IMG/VR virus record: IMGVR_UViG_3300020044_001147
Span: 1-28,844 of that record
Reading direction: 5' to 3' (one strand)
Source: a virus
Taxonomy: Duplodnaviria > Caudoviricetes
DNA length: 28,844 nt
This document shows, one piece after another, positions 17,380 through 25,891 of this stretch. The notes below the pieces were generated by a model. It searched no databases, was not told the origin of the DNA, and saw nothing but the letters and a program-made list of their open reading frames with translations. The position numbers were made by a program, and so were the translations under genes. Each line of letters starts with the position of its first letter. The stretch's first letter is position 1.

Positions 17380-19383
17380 ATGCCGATTCCAATTTCAAAC
17401 GTAACGCGAAGAGTCGTATATTCGGCTAGTGGTACTGGCCCGTATGCTTTTACCTTTGAGATTCTGGCGAACACTGACATCGCTGTATTTCGGGATGACA
17501 CACTCCTCACGCTTACAACAGACTATTCGGTGACGATTGCGTCAAACGGGACTGGCTCAATTACCTTGGTGGCCACCCCTACTGGTGCCACGCAGATTGC
17601 CATTGTGGGCAACCGCACAATCCAGCGAACCACAGACTTTGTGACCGGCGGCGACTTCTTTGCCAACACGGTCAATGATGAGATGGATCAGCAGACCATC
17701 TTTGCCCAACAGAATGCTGAAGGGTTGCAACGCGCCTTGAGCGCACCGCAGACCGATCCAACCTCAATCAACATGACTTTGCCACGGGCCAGTCTGCGTG
17801 CTAACAAAGCGCTTGGATTTGATGCCAACGGCAACCCAGCCATTGCTGATACCCTGGGCACCAACCGTGGCAACTGGGCAAGCGGCACGCTGTACTACGT
17901 CCGAGACATTGTCAAAGACACAACAAACAACAACATCTGGCAAGTTATTACACAGCACACATCTAGCGGATCACTGCCAATTGGCACCAATGCTGATGCG
18001 GCAAAGTTCACTTTGTTGGTTGACGCAGCTGCAGCATCAACAAGCGCCACAAATGCAGCGGCATCTGCTTCGGCTGCTTCTACTAGCGCCTCTGCGGCAT
18101 CTACCTCGGCAACCGCTGCATCTGGTTCAGCCAGTACAGCAAGCACCCAGGCAAGCAACGCTTCAACCTCGGCCAGCAATGCCAGTACCTCTGCCACTGC
18201 AGCCTCTGGATCTGCTACAACAGCCAGCACGCAAGCAACCAATGCTGGCACCAGTGCCACAGCAGCTGCAGCAAGTGCATCAAGCGCATCAAGCAGTGCC
18301 AGTGCCGCCAGTACATCAGCCAGCAATGCGAGTACTTCAGCGAGCAATGCAAGCACATCTGCTTCGGGTGCCTCAACCTCTGCCACCAATGCGGCCAACT
18401 CTGCGACAGCTGCTTCGGGTAGCGCTACTACTGCAAGCACACAAGCAAGCAATGCAGCTACTTCAGCCACCGCCGCAGCTGGTAGCGCGACAAGCGCAGC
18501 ATCAGCGCAGACTGCAGCAGAGTCTGCGCGTGATGCAACCTTGGCGGCATACGACAGCTTTGATGACCGATACCTTGGTGCAAAGACAAGTAACCCAACT
18601 GTAGACAATGACGGCAACGCCTTGGTTGCTGGCGCTTTGTACTTCAACAGCGTGTCTGGTGCAATGCAGCTGTGGACAGGTAGCGCATGGGTTGCCGCGT
18701 ATGTGTCTGGATCAGGTTACCTGGCAGCAGCCAATAACTTGTCAGACGTATCAAGCACTGCAAGCGCCAGGACAAACTTAGGGCTGGCAATTGGCACCAA
18801 CGTGCAGGCCTATGACGCTGACCTCACAACATTAGGTGCTGGTGGCTCTAGCGCTAGGTCATTCCTTGGCCTTGCTATTGGCACCGATGTGCAAGCGTAC
18901 AACGCGAACATAGCAACTACTAACACAGCGCAAACTTTTACAGCTACTCAAACATTCTCAGGAACATCATCAGCAACAGCTATTGTTTTGAATGATGCGG
19001 CAGAGGTAGCAACAGTATCGGCTACAGCGGCTACAGGCACGATTGCATACGATGTCACTACTCAAGCTGTCCTGTACTACACCAGCAACGCAAGTGCTAA
19101 CTGGACAGTTAACTTCAGAGCGTCTAGCGGTACATCGCTTAATACTTTAATGAGTACAGGTCAGTCAATGACTGTGGCTTTCTTGGTGACTCAAGGCTCA
19201 ACTGCTTACTACAACAGTGCTGTGCAAGTTGATGGAACTACATCAGGTGTGACAACACGCTGGTTGGGTGGTGCGCCTACAGCGGGTAATGCAAGTGGCA
19301 TTGATAGTTACCGCTACCTCATTATTAAAACAGGCAGTGCAACTTTTACTGTCTTGGCAAGCAACACACAATTTAAGGCTTAA
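17380..19383 (+). CDS. Tail fibre protein (T7 gp17-like N-terminal anchor, Ala/Ser/Thr shaft)
   Basis: N-terminal GTGPYAFTFEI...DFVTGGDFFANTVNDEMD anchor pattern, long heptad repeat, and ARxxLGLAIGTxVQAY repeats. Confidence 0.85.
   Translation: MPIPISNVTRRVVYSASGTGPYAFTFEILANTDIAVFRDDTLLTLTTDYSVTIASNGTGSITLVATPTGATQIAIVGNRTIQRTTDFVTGGDFFANTVNDEMDQQTIFAQQNAEGLQRALSAPQTDPTSINMTLPRASLRANKALGFDANGNPAIADTLGTNRGNWASGTLYYVRDIVKDTTNNNIWQVITQHTSSGSLPIGTNADAAKFTLLVDAAAASTSATNAAASASAASTSASAASTSATAASGSASTASTQASNASTSASNASTSATAASGSATTASTQATNAGTSATAAAASASSASSSASAASTSASNASTSASNASTSASGASTSATNAANSATAASGSATTASTQASNAATSATAAAGSATSAASAQTAAESARDATLAAYDSFDDRYLGAKTSNPTVDNDGNALVAGALYFNSVSGAMQLWTGSAWVAAYVSGSGYLAAANNLSDVSSTASARTNLGLAIGTNVQAYDADLTTLGAGGSSARSFLGLAIGTDVQAYNANIATTNTAQTFTATQTFSGTSSATAIVLNDAAEVATVSATAATGTIAYDVTTQAVLYYTSNASANWTVNFRASSGTSLNTLMSTGQSMTVAFLVTQGSTAYYNSAVQVDGTTSGVTTRWLGGAPTAGNASGIDSYRYLIIKTGSATFTVLASNTQFKA
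18025..18529 (+). repeat. Coding heptad repeat (ASTSASN / ASGSATT / ASTQASN-type units)
   Basis: About 168 aa of 7-residue periodic Ala/Ser/Thr with diverged codons. Confidence 0.85.
18766..18912 (+). repeat. Duplicated 20-aa fibre motif
   Basis: ARTNLGLAIGTNVQAYDADL (18766-18825) and ARSFLGLAIGTDVQAYNANI (18853-18912). Confidence 0.8.
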
Positions 19384-19387
19384 AAAG

Positions 19388-21367
19388 ATGCCATTACAAG
19401 CAACTTCTGGTGCGGCTAGTTACGATGCCTTTGGTGGTGGCGCTCCTGCCGCACTTCCAACATATATTGAGGATGTGTTCTCTACTTGGCTTTATACAGG
19501 TACAGGTGCAACACAGAGTATCAATAATGGCATTGATGTAACTGGTAAAGGTGCTTTAGTTTGGCTTAAAAGGCGTAACTCAACAAACGCACATTTTTTG
19601 TTTGATACTGCCCGTGGGGTTGGGACAGGTTCACAAGCGCTTTCATCAAACACAACTGGCGCTGGTGGCGCTGGTGCTGATATTGGATTTAGTTCAACTG
19701 GGTTTGATTTAACACAAACTGGCGCTAATACAAATGGAAGTGGCGCAACCTACGCCTCATGGACATTCCGCAAGCAGCCTAAGTTTTTTGATATTGTGAC
19801 GTATACGACAGTATCTGGAGCAATGACCATACCTCATAGCCTTGGGTCTACTCCTGGGTGTTGGATTATTAAGGCAACGAATGCTACTGATAGTTGGTGG
19901 GTACATCACAGATCAATCCCAACAGGTTTATTGAGGCTTGAGGGAACAAGCGCAAGTGAGTCTTCTTTTAGCACTGCAACGTCAACAAACATTTCTATTT
20001 CAACTGGCGTGTTTTCTGCTGGAACTCAAATAGTTATATACCTATTTGCCCATGATGCAGGTGGCTTTGGCCTGACGGGTACGGACAATGTGATTAGCTG
20101 TGGGTCTTATACGGGTAACGACTCAACTGATGGGCCAATAATTAATTTAGGTTATGAACCTCAGTGGGTGATGATTAAAAACGCTACAACAGGTGGTGGT
20201 GGATACAATTGGTTGATGGCTGATAATATGCGTGGCATTCCCATGTCTGGGAATACGCCTTTATTGAAAGCCAACCTTTCAGACGCAGAAGATGGCACTG
20301 GTCAAGGACACGCTATAGAGGTCACTGCAACAGGGTTTCAATTAAAATCTCCTTATGGCGCTTTAAATAATTCTAGCAACACCTACATCTACATAGCCAT
20401 ACGCCGTGGCCCGATGAAAGTGCCTACTACGGGTGCGAGTGTTTATGAAAATACAGCATACACAGGAAATAACACAGTTGAGCGTAAAATTGGTTCATCA
20501 GTTTTAACGGATTTATTATTACTATCTAACAGAAATGCAACTGCAGATTCTTGGGCTTCTTTTGGTCATTATATTTTTGACAGGTTAAGAGGCCAAAATG
20601 TGTCTTTAGGAACAGCTAATACTAATGCTGAAGTTAGTGGTTGGGATACATATTTTAATCTTGACATGAATACGGGTTGGGATACTGGCAGTACAAGTGA
20701 CCAAGTGTATTTAAATAAAACTTCAGCTACATATGTATCAAATGCGTTCCGCCGAGCCCCATCGTTTATGGATGTCGTTTGCTATACGGGGAACGGCACA
20801 GACCCACAAACTGTTTCCCATAATTTGGGCAAAGCACCTGAATTAATGATTTTTAAAGCAAGAGCAGTTACAGCAGGATGGCGTGTTTGGGGTGGCAATA
20901 TGGCTATCACCGAATACTTGGCTCTTAGCGAAACCTCGGCAGTAGTAACAGGGTCAACATTCTTTGGCAGTACATTGCCAACGGCCACATCGTTTTATGT
21001 TGGCAGCGGTCTTAGCGTTACGGCAAGAACGATTGTTGCCTACCTATTTGCAACGTGCGCTGGTGTTTCCAAAGTAGGCTCATACACAGGCACAGCAACT
21101 ACAAAACAAATTGATTGTGGCTTCACAGCAGGGGCTAGGTTTGTACTCATAAAACGCACTGACTCAACAGGAGATTGGTATGTGTGGGATACCGCTAGAG
21201 GGATTGTGGCGGGTAATGACAGTTATCTTTTATTGAATTCAACTGCGGCAGAGGTCACAAGCACAGATTACATTGATACCTATTCTGCTGGTTTTGAAAT
21301 AAGTAGTACAGCCCCTGCTGCAATAAATGCTAATGGTGGTAGTTTTATCTTTTTGGCCATTTCCTGA
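19388..21367 (+). CDS. Second tail fibre / putative receptor-binding protein with internal repeats
   Basis: ATG 19388 lies 4 nt after the fibre stop, avoiding the overlap of the track's 19268 start. Six YTG/YTT-initiated beta-rich subrepeats. Confidence 0.72.
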   Translation: MPLQATSGAASYDAFGGGAPAALPTYIEDVFSTWLYTGTGATQSINNGIDVTGKGALVWLKRRNSTNAHFLFDTARGVGTGSQALSSNTTGAGGAGADIGFSSTGFDLTQTGANTNGSGATYASWTFRKQPKFFDIVTYTTVSGAMTIPHSLGSTPGCWIIKATNATDSWWVHHRSIPTGLLRLEGTSASESSFSTATSTNISISTGVFSAGTQIVIYLFAHDAGGFGLTGTDNVISCGSYTGNDSTDGPIINLGYEPQWVMIKNATTGGGGYNWLMADNMRGIPMSGNTPLLKANLSDAEDGTGQGHAIEVTATGFQLKSPYGALNNSSNTYIYIAIRRGPMKVPTTGASVYENTAYTGNNTVERKIGSSVLTDLLLLSNRNATADSWASFGHYIFDRLRGQNVSLGTANTNAEVSGWDTYFNLDMNTGWDTGSTSDQVYLNKTSATYVSNAFRRAPSFMDVVCYTGNGTDPQTVSHNLGKAPELMIFKARAVTAGWRVWGGNMAITEYLALSETSAVVTGSTFFGSTLPTATSFYVGSGLSVTARTIVAYLFATCAGVSKVGSYTGTATTKQIDCGFTAGARFVLIKRTDSTGDWYVWDTARGIVAGNDSYLLLNSTAAEVTSTDYIDTYSAGFEISSTAPAAINANGGSFIFLAIS

Positions 21368-21368
21368 T

Positions 21369-21845
21369 ATGACAAAAGATAAATTTAGAAAAGGCTACAC
21401 ACAAAGCAAGGCTGATGCTAAGTGCCGAGGCATTGAGTTTATGTTTACATATGAAGAGTGGAAAACTTGGTGGCTTGAAACTGGAAAATGGGACAAGCGT
21501 GGAAGAACTTCTGGTTGCTACCAAATGTGTAGAACCAACGATGTTGGCCCATATGTTTTAGGTAATGTTTACTGCGACACCATTGAGGCAAATAGTAGGC
21601 TTCCTCATGCTGGTGTTACTAAACCATTAGAGTGGTCAGCAAAGATTGGCGCTTCTTTAAGAGGTAAGCCAAAAACTAAAGAACACTCTAAGGCTTTGGC
21701 TTTAGCAATGCTTGGCAAGCAATACAGCACACCTGCTGGTGTTTTTCAAACTTCAGCAGAATGTGAACACGCAACTGGTGTTAAACGTGCAACCGTCATG
21801 TGGCGCTGCAAGAATAACTACCAAGGTAATTGGTCTTACGCATAA
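21369..21845 (+). CDS. HNH-like (homing-type) endonuclease with NUMOD3-like and HTH DNA-binding tail
   Basis: Nuclease-like core RGIEFMFTYEEW...MCRTNDVGPYVLGNVY..T...N, NUMOD3-like KIGASLRGKPKTKEH and NUMOD1-like GVFQTSAECEHATGVKRATVMWRCKN. ATG 21369 preferred as start. Confidence 0.65.
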   Translation: MTKDKFRKGYTQSKADAKCRGIEFMFTYEEWKTWWLETGKWDKRGRTSGCYQMCRTNDVGPYVLGNVYCDTIEANSRLPHAGVTKPLEWSAKIGASLRGKPKTKEHSKALALAMLGKQYSTPAGVFQTSAECEHATGVKRATVMWRCKNNYQGNWSYA

Positions 21846-21854
21846 GGAAACATC

Positions 21855-22349
21855 ATGCAAATCAGAACACAAGACGGTCAAGTAATGTACGAAGCGGAGT
21901 TTCGTGCATACACAAAAGCCAATGGTGGCCCTACATGGGAGACAACAACAACTGAGGTGCTAGAAGCTTTGGGTGCTGATGTAATCTTTGAAGGCCCACA
22001 AGCTACAGGTGGCACTGTATACCAGATGTCTGTCTATGGTGGCATTGAGCAGATTGATGGCAAGTGGTACACCAAATGGAATCTAGGCCCATCGTTCTTT
22101 CAAACTGAAGATGCTGAAGGCAATGTAACCACTGCTGCTCAGAATGAAGCTGCTTACAAAGTTGCTAAAGACGCAGAGCAAGCTAAGTCTGTTCGTGCTT
22201 CTAGGGATACCAAGCTGTCAGAGACTGATTGGCGATTTCGCAGTGATATGACCCCCTCACAGGCATGGAAGGATTACTGCCAAGCCCTGCGGGATGTGCC
22301 ATCTCAGGCTGGTTTCCCTTGGACAATCACTTGGCCAGAGGCACCATGA
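21855..22349 (+). CDS. Tail fibre assembly chaperone
   Basis: TAAGGA SD. C-terminal RDTKLSETDW...WKDYCQALRDVP...FPWTITWPEAP pattern. Confidence 0.82.
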   Translation: MQIRTQDGQVMYEAEFRAYTKANGGPTWETTTTEVLEALGADVIFEGPQATGGTVYQMSVYGGIEQIDGKWYTKWNLGPSFFQTEDAEGNVTTAAQNEAAYKVAKDAEQAKSVRASRDTKLSETDWRFRSDMTPSQAWKDYCQALRDVPSQAGFPWTITWPEAP

Positions 22350-22504
22350 TGACACCACTTGAAGGAAGACTTGATACGCACGAAGCTGTGTGTGAGTTGC
22401 GTTACGACAGTATCAACGCTCGACTCAAACGCATTGAGCAGATCTTGATCGGCTCATGTGCAGCCATCATTGGCATGCTCCTGACGTTGGTGCTAAAGCT
22501 GTGA
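22346..22504 (+). CDS. Small membrane protein (XhlA/holin-like)
   Basis: ATGA overlap with the upstream stop. HEAVCELRYDSINARLKRIE coiled coil plus one C-terminal TM helix. Confidence 0.62.
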   Translation: MMTPLEGRLDTHEAVCELRYDSINARLKRIEQILIGSCAAIIGMLLTLVLKL

Positions 22505-22505
22505 A

Positions 22506-23204
22506 GTGGATCCGATCAGCATTTGCCTCCTGGCAGCTGGCTTGGTCAAACAGATCCAAGCTGGGTGTGAGCTTTACAAGCAGGCTAAAGAGTCTTTCGT
22601 TGAGATCAAAAGAACTGCTGATGAGGTTGTTGCCATTGGCAAAGAGGCGCATGGCTTCTGGAATCAGCTACTTGGGTTCTTTGGTAGCAAGCCTAAAGCC
22701 CAGGTTGCAAAGTCAAATGGCAAGTCTAAGAAATCTGATTACGTCTCTGTTTCAGAGACTCAAGTCAAAGTTGACATTGTCAAAAACCTCACAGAATTCT
22801 TCAGACTCCAAGAACAGTTAGCAGCACACATCAGGGAAGAGGAAGAGAAAAGCAAATCAGTCTACGACCCTGACCAAAACCTGATGGAGTCAGCACTCAA
22901 GCGAGTGATGGCCCAGCAAGAGATGGACAACTTGGTTGTACAAATACGAGAGTGCATGGTCTATCAGTCACCACCTGAGATGGGGGCTCTGTACTCTGAA
23001 GTGTTCAGCATGAGAGAGAAGATTGAAGAGGAGCAAACCCAAGCAAGGCTGAAGCAAGAAGCCAAGAAGAGGCAGGAGTTATGGCTACGCAAAGAGGAGG
23101 AAAGAAACTTCCAGCTAAAGCTAGCGTACCTAGTAGCGACTTCTACATTCCTCCTGTACCTGTGGTTGTGGCTCCTGTTCGTCAGTCAGTTAAGGAAGAC
23201 ATAG
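22506..23204 (+). CDS. Coiled-coil protein with C-terminal TM helix
   Basis: 232 aa, GTG start 1 nt after the upstream stop, MDPISI N-terminus, hydrophobic C-terminus. Confidence 0.72.
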   Translation: MDPISICLLAAGLVKQIQAGCELYKQAKESFVEIKRTADEVVAIGKEAHGFWNQLLGFFGSKPKAQVAKSNGKSKKSDYVSVSETQVKVDIVKNLTEFFRLQEQLAAHIREEEEKSKSVYDPDQNLMESALKRVMAQQEMDNLVVQIRECMVYQSPPEMGALYSEVFSMREKIEEEQTQARLKQEAKKRQELWLRKEEERNFQLKLAYLVATSTFLLYLWLWLLFVSQLRKT

Positions 23205-23371
23205 TGGCCGCTATTCTTTTGTGTTTGTTTGTGGCTCTGCTGCTTCCGCTTGGCGCAATGCTTTATCTGGACATCTTGGAAACAAAGAATGAAGTCAAGC
23301 AGGAGCTTGTAAAGGTTGAGAAGCTTAGACGGCAAATTGAACAACAACAACGAAAGGAGAAAGACAAATGA
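23204..23371 (+). CDS. Small TM + coiled-coil protein (start uncertain: GTG 23204 or ATG 23081)
   Basis: TAAGGA SD 7 nt before GTG 23204. N-terminal hydrophobic helix followed by a charged coiled coil. Confidence 0.6.
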   Translation: MAAILLCLFVALLLPLGAMLYLDILETKNEVKQELVKVEKLRRQIEQQQRKEKDK

Positions 23372-23553
23372 ATGTGTATGAGATTTGGTTTTTGTCTGTG
23401 CTGCTAGTAGTTCTTACTGGCTGCGAGGATCGCTTCAGATACCCGTGCCAAGACCCAGCTAACTCTGCGCTTGCTGAGTGCAAGCCACCCATATGTTCCG
23501 CTACGGCGACCTGCCCTGACCAACTAATCAAACCAGAGAAGGAGACAAAGTAA
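23368..23553 (+). CDS. Small Cys-rich lipoprotein
   Basis: AAGGAG SD. Hydrophobic signal ending in an LTGC lipobox, with four further Cys in the mature part. Confidence 0.75.
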   Translation: MNVYEIWFLSVLLVVLTGCEDRFRYPCQDPANSALAECKPPICSATATCPDQLIKPEKETK

Positions 23554-23873
23554 TGCCAACCATTGGATACAAACCAAACAACCGACTGTCGCCAGAAGAG
23601 ATTGAAGCTCGCGTGTGGGCCTTTGTCATTGTGGTGATTGCATTGATCCTGATCGGCTCATGCTTTAGCTTCATCTACTCTGTGACTTTTGTCACTCAGC
23701 CCATGATCGGTATGGCACCCATTGACAAGGTCTACACCAAGATGCTGAACGACATCATGCTGCTTTGCACTGGTGTACTAGGTGGTGTGGCTGGCCGCAA
23801 GGCTGTGTCAGCCGTGGCTGTGGCTACCGCAAAGGCCGAGGCAGTTGACGTTGATGAGCCACCAAAGCCATGA
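23553..23873 (+). CDS. Two-TM membrane protein (holin candidate)
   Basis: AAGGAG SD and TAATG coupling. Two hydrophobic segments separated by QPMIGMAPIDK. Confidence 0.65.
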   Translation: MPTIGYKPNNRLSPEEIEARVWAFVIVVIALILIGSCFSFIYSVTFVTQPMIGMAPIDKVYTKMLNDIMLLCTGVLGGVAGRKAVSAVAVATAKAEAVDVDEPPKP

Positions 23874-24337
23874 AAGGTTTGCTCTCAGGCTTGATTGCTT
23901 TGCTGCTGGTCTTTGGCGGTGGCTACTGGACTGGCCAGCACTACGAGGCCAAGGCCCAGCAGGCCGAGGTTGACAAGCTCAACACACAGGCGCGAGCCAA
24001 GGAAGCAGCTCTTGCTGCTGCCGTCACAACAACTGCAACCGCATTGAGGTCATCAAATGAAAAGGCAAAGACTATTGCAAAGCAGCGCGATGCTGCTATT
24101 GACGCTGGCACTATCAAGCTGCGGGTTCCTATCCAAGCGGCCTGCCCCGTACCAGCCGCCACAGATCCCGCCGCTCCCAGCGGAGATAACTCAGGAGAAG
24201 CATCAGCCGAATCTGAGCGAGCGTTTATTAAAGCTGCTCTCGCCCTGACCGATGAGGGCGACCTAGTAGTACAAAAACTAAACGCATGTATTGGACTTTA
24301 TAACCAAGCGATTGAATCGCAGAAAGGCATCAAATGA
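23870..24337 (+). CDS. Rz: Inner-membrane spanin (Rz-like)
   Basis: N-terminal TM, Ala-rich coiled coil, IKLRVPI...C hinge and C-terminal helix LNACIGLY. Contains an embedded lipoprotein gene. Confidence 0.85.
   Translation: MKGLLSGLIALLLVFGGGYWTGQHYEAKAQQAEVDKLNTQARAKEAALAAAVTTTATALRSSNEKAKTIAKQRDAAIDAGTIKLRVPIQAACPVPAATDPAAPSGDNSGEASAESERAFIKAALALTDEGDLVVQKLNACIGLYNQAIESQKGIK
24057..24248 (+). CDS. Rz1: Outer-membrane spanin lipoprotein (Rz1-like), embedded in Rz in the +1 frame
   Basis: GAGGT SD. Basic N-terminus, hydrophobic core, LSSC lipobox, Pro-rich mature region. Confidence 0.82.
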   Translation: MKRQRLLQSSAMLLLTLALSSCGFLSKRPAPYQPPQIPPLPAEITQEKHQPNLSERLLKLLSP

Positions 24338-24798
24338 ATCTGTCAGCCAACTTTTCCCTGCACGAACTAACGAAGTCAGAGACTGCCCTGCGTATGGGCT
24401 TTGACAACAGTCCTGATGACGAAGCTACAGAGAACTTGCGCCTGCTGTGCGAGAAAGTCCTCCAGCCTGTGCGCGATCACTTTGGCAAAGGCGTGAAGGT
24501 TAACTCTGCCTACCGCAGCCCTGAGTCAAACGCTGCTGTTGGCGGCAGCAAGACATCAGACCACTGCAAAGGCATGGCGGCTGACATTGAGATACCTGGT
24601 GTGGCCAATGCCGAGTTAGCTCAGTGGATCATGGATAACCTTGAATACACACAGTTGATCCTTGAGTTCTACACACCCGGCATTCCTGACAGCGGCTGGG
24701 TTCACGTTAGCTTTGACCAATCTAACCTCAAGAATCAAGAGCTGACAGCAACCAAGGTGGCAGGCAAGACAACCTACCTGCCAGGCTTGGTGGCTTAA
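24334..24798 (+). CDS. Endolysin, peptidase M15A family
   Basis: SAYRS...N..VGG..TSDH..GMAAD and WVHVS give the H/D/H zinc-ligand pattern. Confidence 0.9.
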   Translation: MNLSANFSLHELTKSETALRMGFDNSPDDEATENLRLLCEKVLQPVRDHFGKGVKVNSAYRSPESNAAVGGSKTSDHCKGMAADIEIPGVANAELAQWIMDNLEYTQLILEFYTPGIPDSGWVHVSFDQSNLKNQELTATKVAGKTTYLPGLVA

Positions 24799-25725
24799 TT
24801 ACTGAGATGCACCTAGCGCTTTAATGCGCTGGGTGTAGCTGGCTGTGTGCCGGATCCGCTTGACTTGGTCAATGCGTGCAATGGTGTCTTCGTTGGCCAC
24901 ACGCAGCTCCTTCAGCGCGGTCATGCGCTCACGCGCAGGCCGCTTGCCAGCTCTAGCTGTCTTGTCGGCTAGATCTTCGTAGGCATCTTGCCACTCATCC
25001 AAGCTCTCATGCACTGAGAATGGCTCATCCTTGCCAGGCACCAGCAAAGCAAAGCCATTGGGCTCAACTACCCCAGTTGGCTCTAAATAAGGCTCGGCCT
25101 CAAGCACAACCTCAACCGACTCTATGGCCACTGGCTCTGGCTTAGCCACCAGGTCCAACGGGTTGGCTGGCTTGGTTGTTGGCCGAGGCTTGGCCTCATC
25201 AGGATAGTCGGCTGCTTCCTCGGCGCTGATCAAACCCTTCAGCACATCAGGGAAAGCATCGCGCAACGCAAAGCCGCGAGCACGCATTTGCATCATGCGC
25301 TTGGGGTATGCCGACCATGGTCCTTGCTTGGCCCACAAGCCAGCACGCTTGGCATCCTCGACGCTGAACTTAGCAACAACCGGCTTGCGATTTTTTCGCT
25401 TAGCAATGCAAACAGCCACCGGGTTAGGTGTGCCTTCATTCTCAAAGTATTCTTCAACGTCTTCACAGACTGCGCTGGCCTGCACCAGCGCCATCATTGC
25501 ATCGCCGTAGACGCTGGGTTTGCCATTGATCACAGCAATATTTTGCAAGGCCTGCATGGGTGCCAGTCCCATCTCATAGCCCCACTGCACGCAGACCAAG
25601 ATGTCTTGGGGCTTGCCTTGGTAGGCCTTTGGCACCATGCTGGAGCTGGCCAGCATGTCGCTGAATTGGATGGCCTCGGTGAGGGTGGCCGGAGCAAAGC
25701 CCCGGTTAGTGGTGGTTAATTCCAT
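24799..25725 (-). CDS. recT: RecT-like single-strand annealing protein
   Basis: Pattern GYEMGLAPMQALQNIAVINGKPSVYGD...W..YPKRMMQMRARGFALRDAFPD. Close to a YqaJ-like exonuclease gene. Confidence 0.78.
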   Translation of the reverse strand: MELTTTNRGFAPATLTEAIQFSDMLASSSMVPKAYQGKPQDILVCVQWGYEMGLAPMQALQNIAVINGKPSVYGDAMMALVQASAVCEDVEEYFENEGTPNPVAVCIAKRKNRKPVVAKFSVEDAKRAGLWAKQGPWSAYPKRMMQMRARGFALRDAFPDVLKGLISAEEAADYPDEAKPRPTTKPANPLDLVAKPEPVAIESVEVVLEAEPYLEPTGVVEPNGFALLVPGKDEPFSVHESLDEWQDAYEDLADKTARAGKRPARERMTALKELRVANEDTIARIDQVKRIRHTASYTQRIKALGASQ

Positions 25726-25891
25726 TTGGTTCTCTCTCAGTTAAGTAGGTTTGCATGGTGGTGAAAATCAGGTTGGCCATGGCCTCAACAAAGGCTGCGG
25801 CTTGTGGTTCGGTGCAGTCGGTGGCATTGAGCATGGCCACGACAGCATCATCGAAGGCCTGCTGCATGTCGGGCCTGCCTTGCAGGTTCAA
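25706..25891 (-). CDS. Hypothetical protein
   Basis: 61-aa ORF overlapping both neighbours, with AAGGAG SD. Confidence 0.6.
   Translation of the reverse strand: MNLQGRPDMQQAFDDAVVAMLNATDCTEPQAAAFVEAMANLIFTTMQTYLTEREPNGINHH

Noticed and set aside
17798-18647. Long alternative-frame and antisense ORFs (17798-18604 +, 17895-18647 -)
   Set aside because: They are shadows of the low-complexity Ala/Ser/Thr repeat.
17380-22349. BPP-1-type diversity-generating retroelement acting on the tail fibres
   Set aside because: No reverse transcriptase gene and no TR/VR pair with adenine-specific mismatches seen in this window.
22441-23662. 17/18-nt repeat GATCYTGATCGGCTCATG at 22441 and 23645, both encoding ILIGSC
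   Set aside because: It is short enough to arise by chance in 29 kb and does not extend into flanking sequence.
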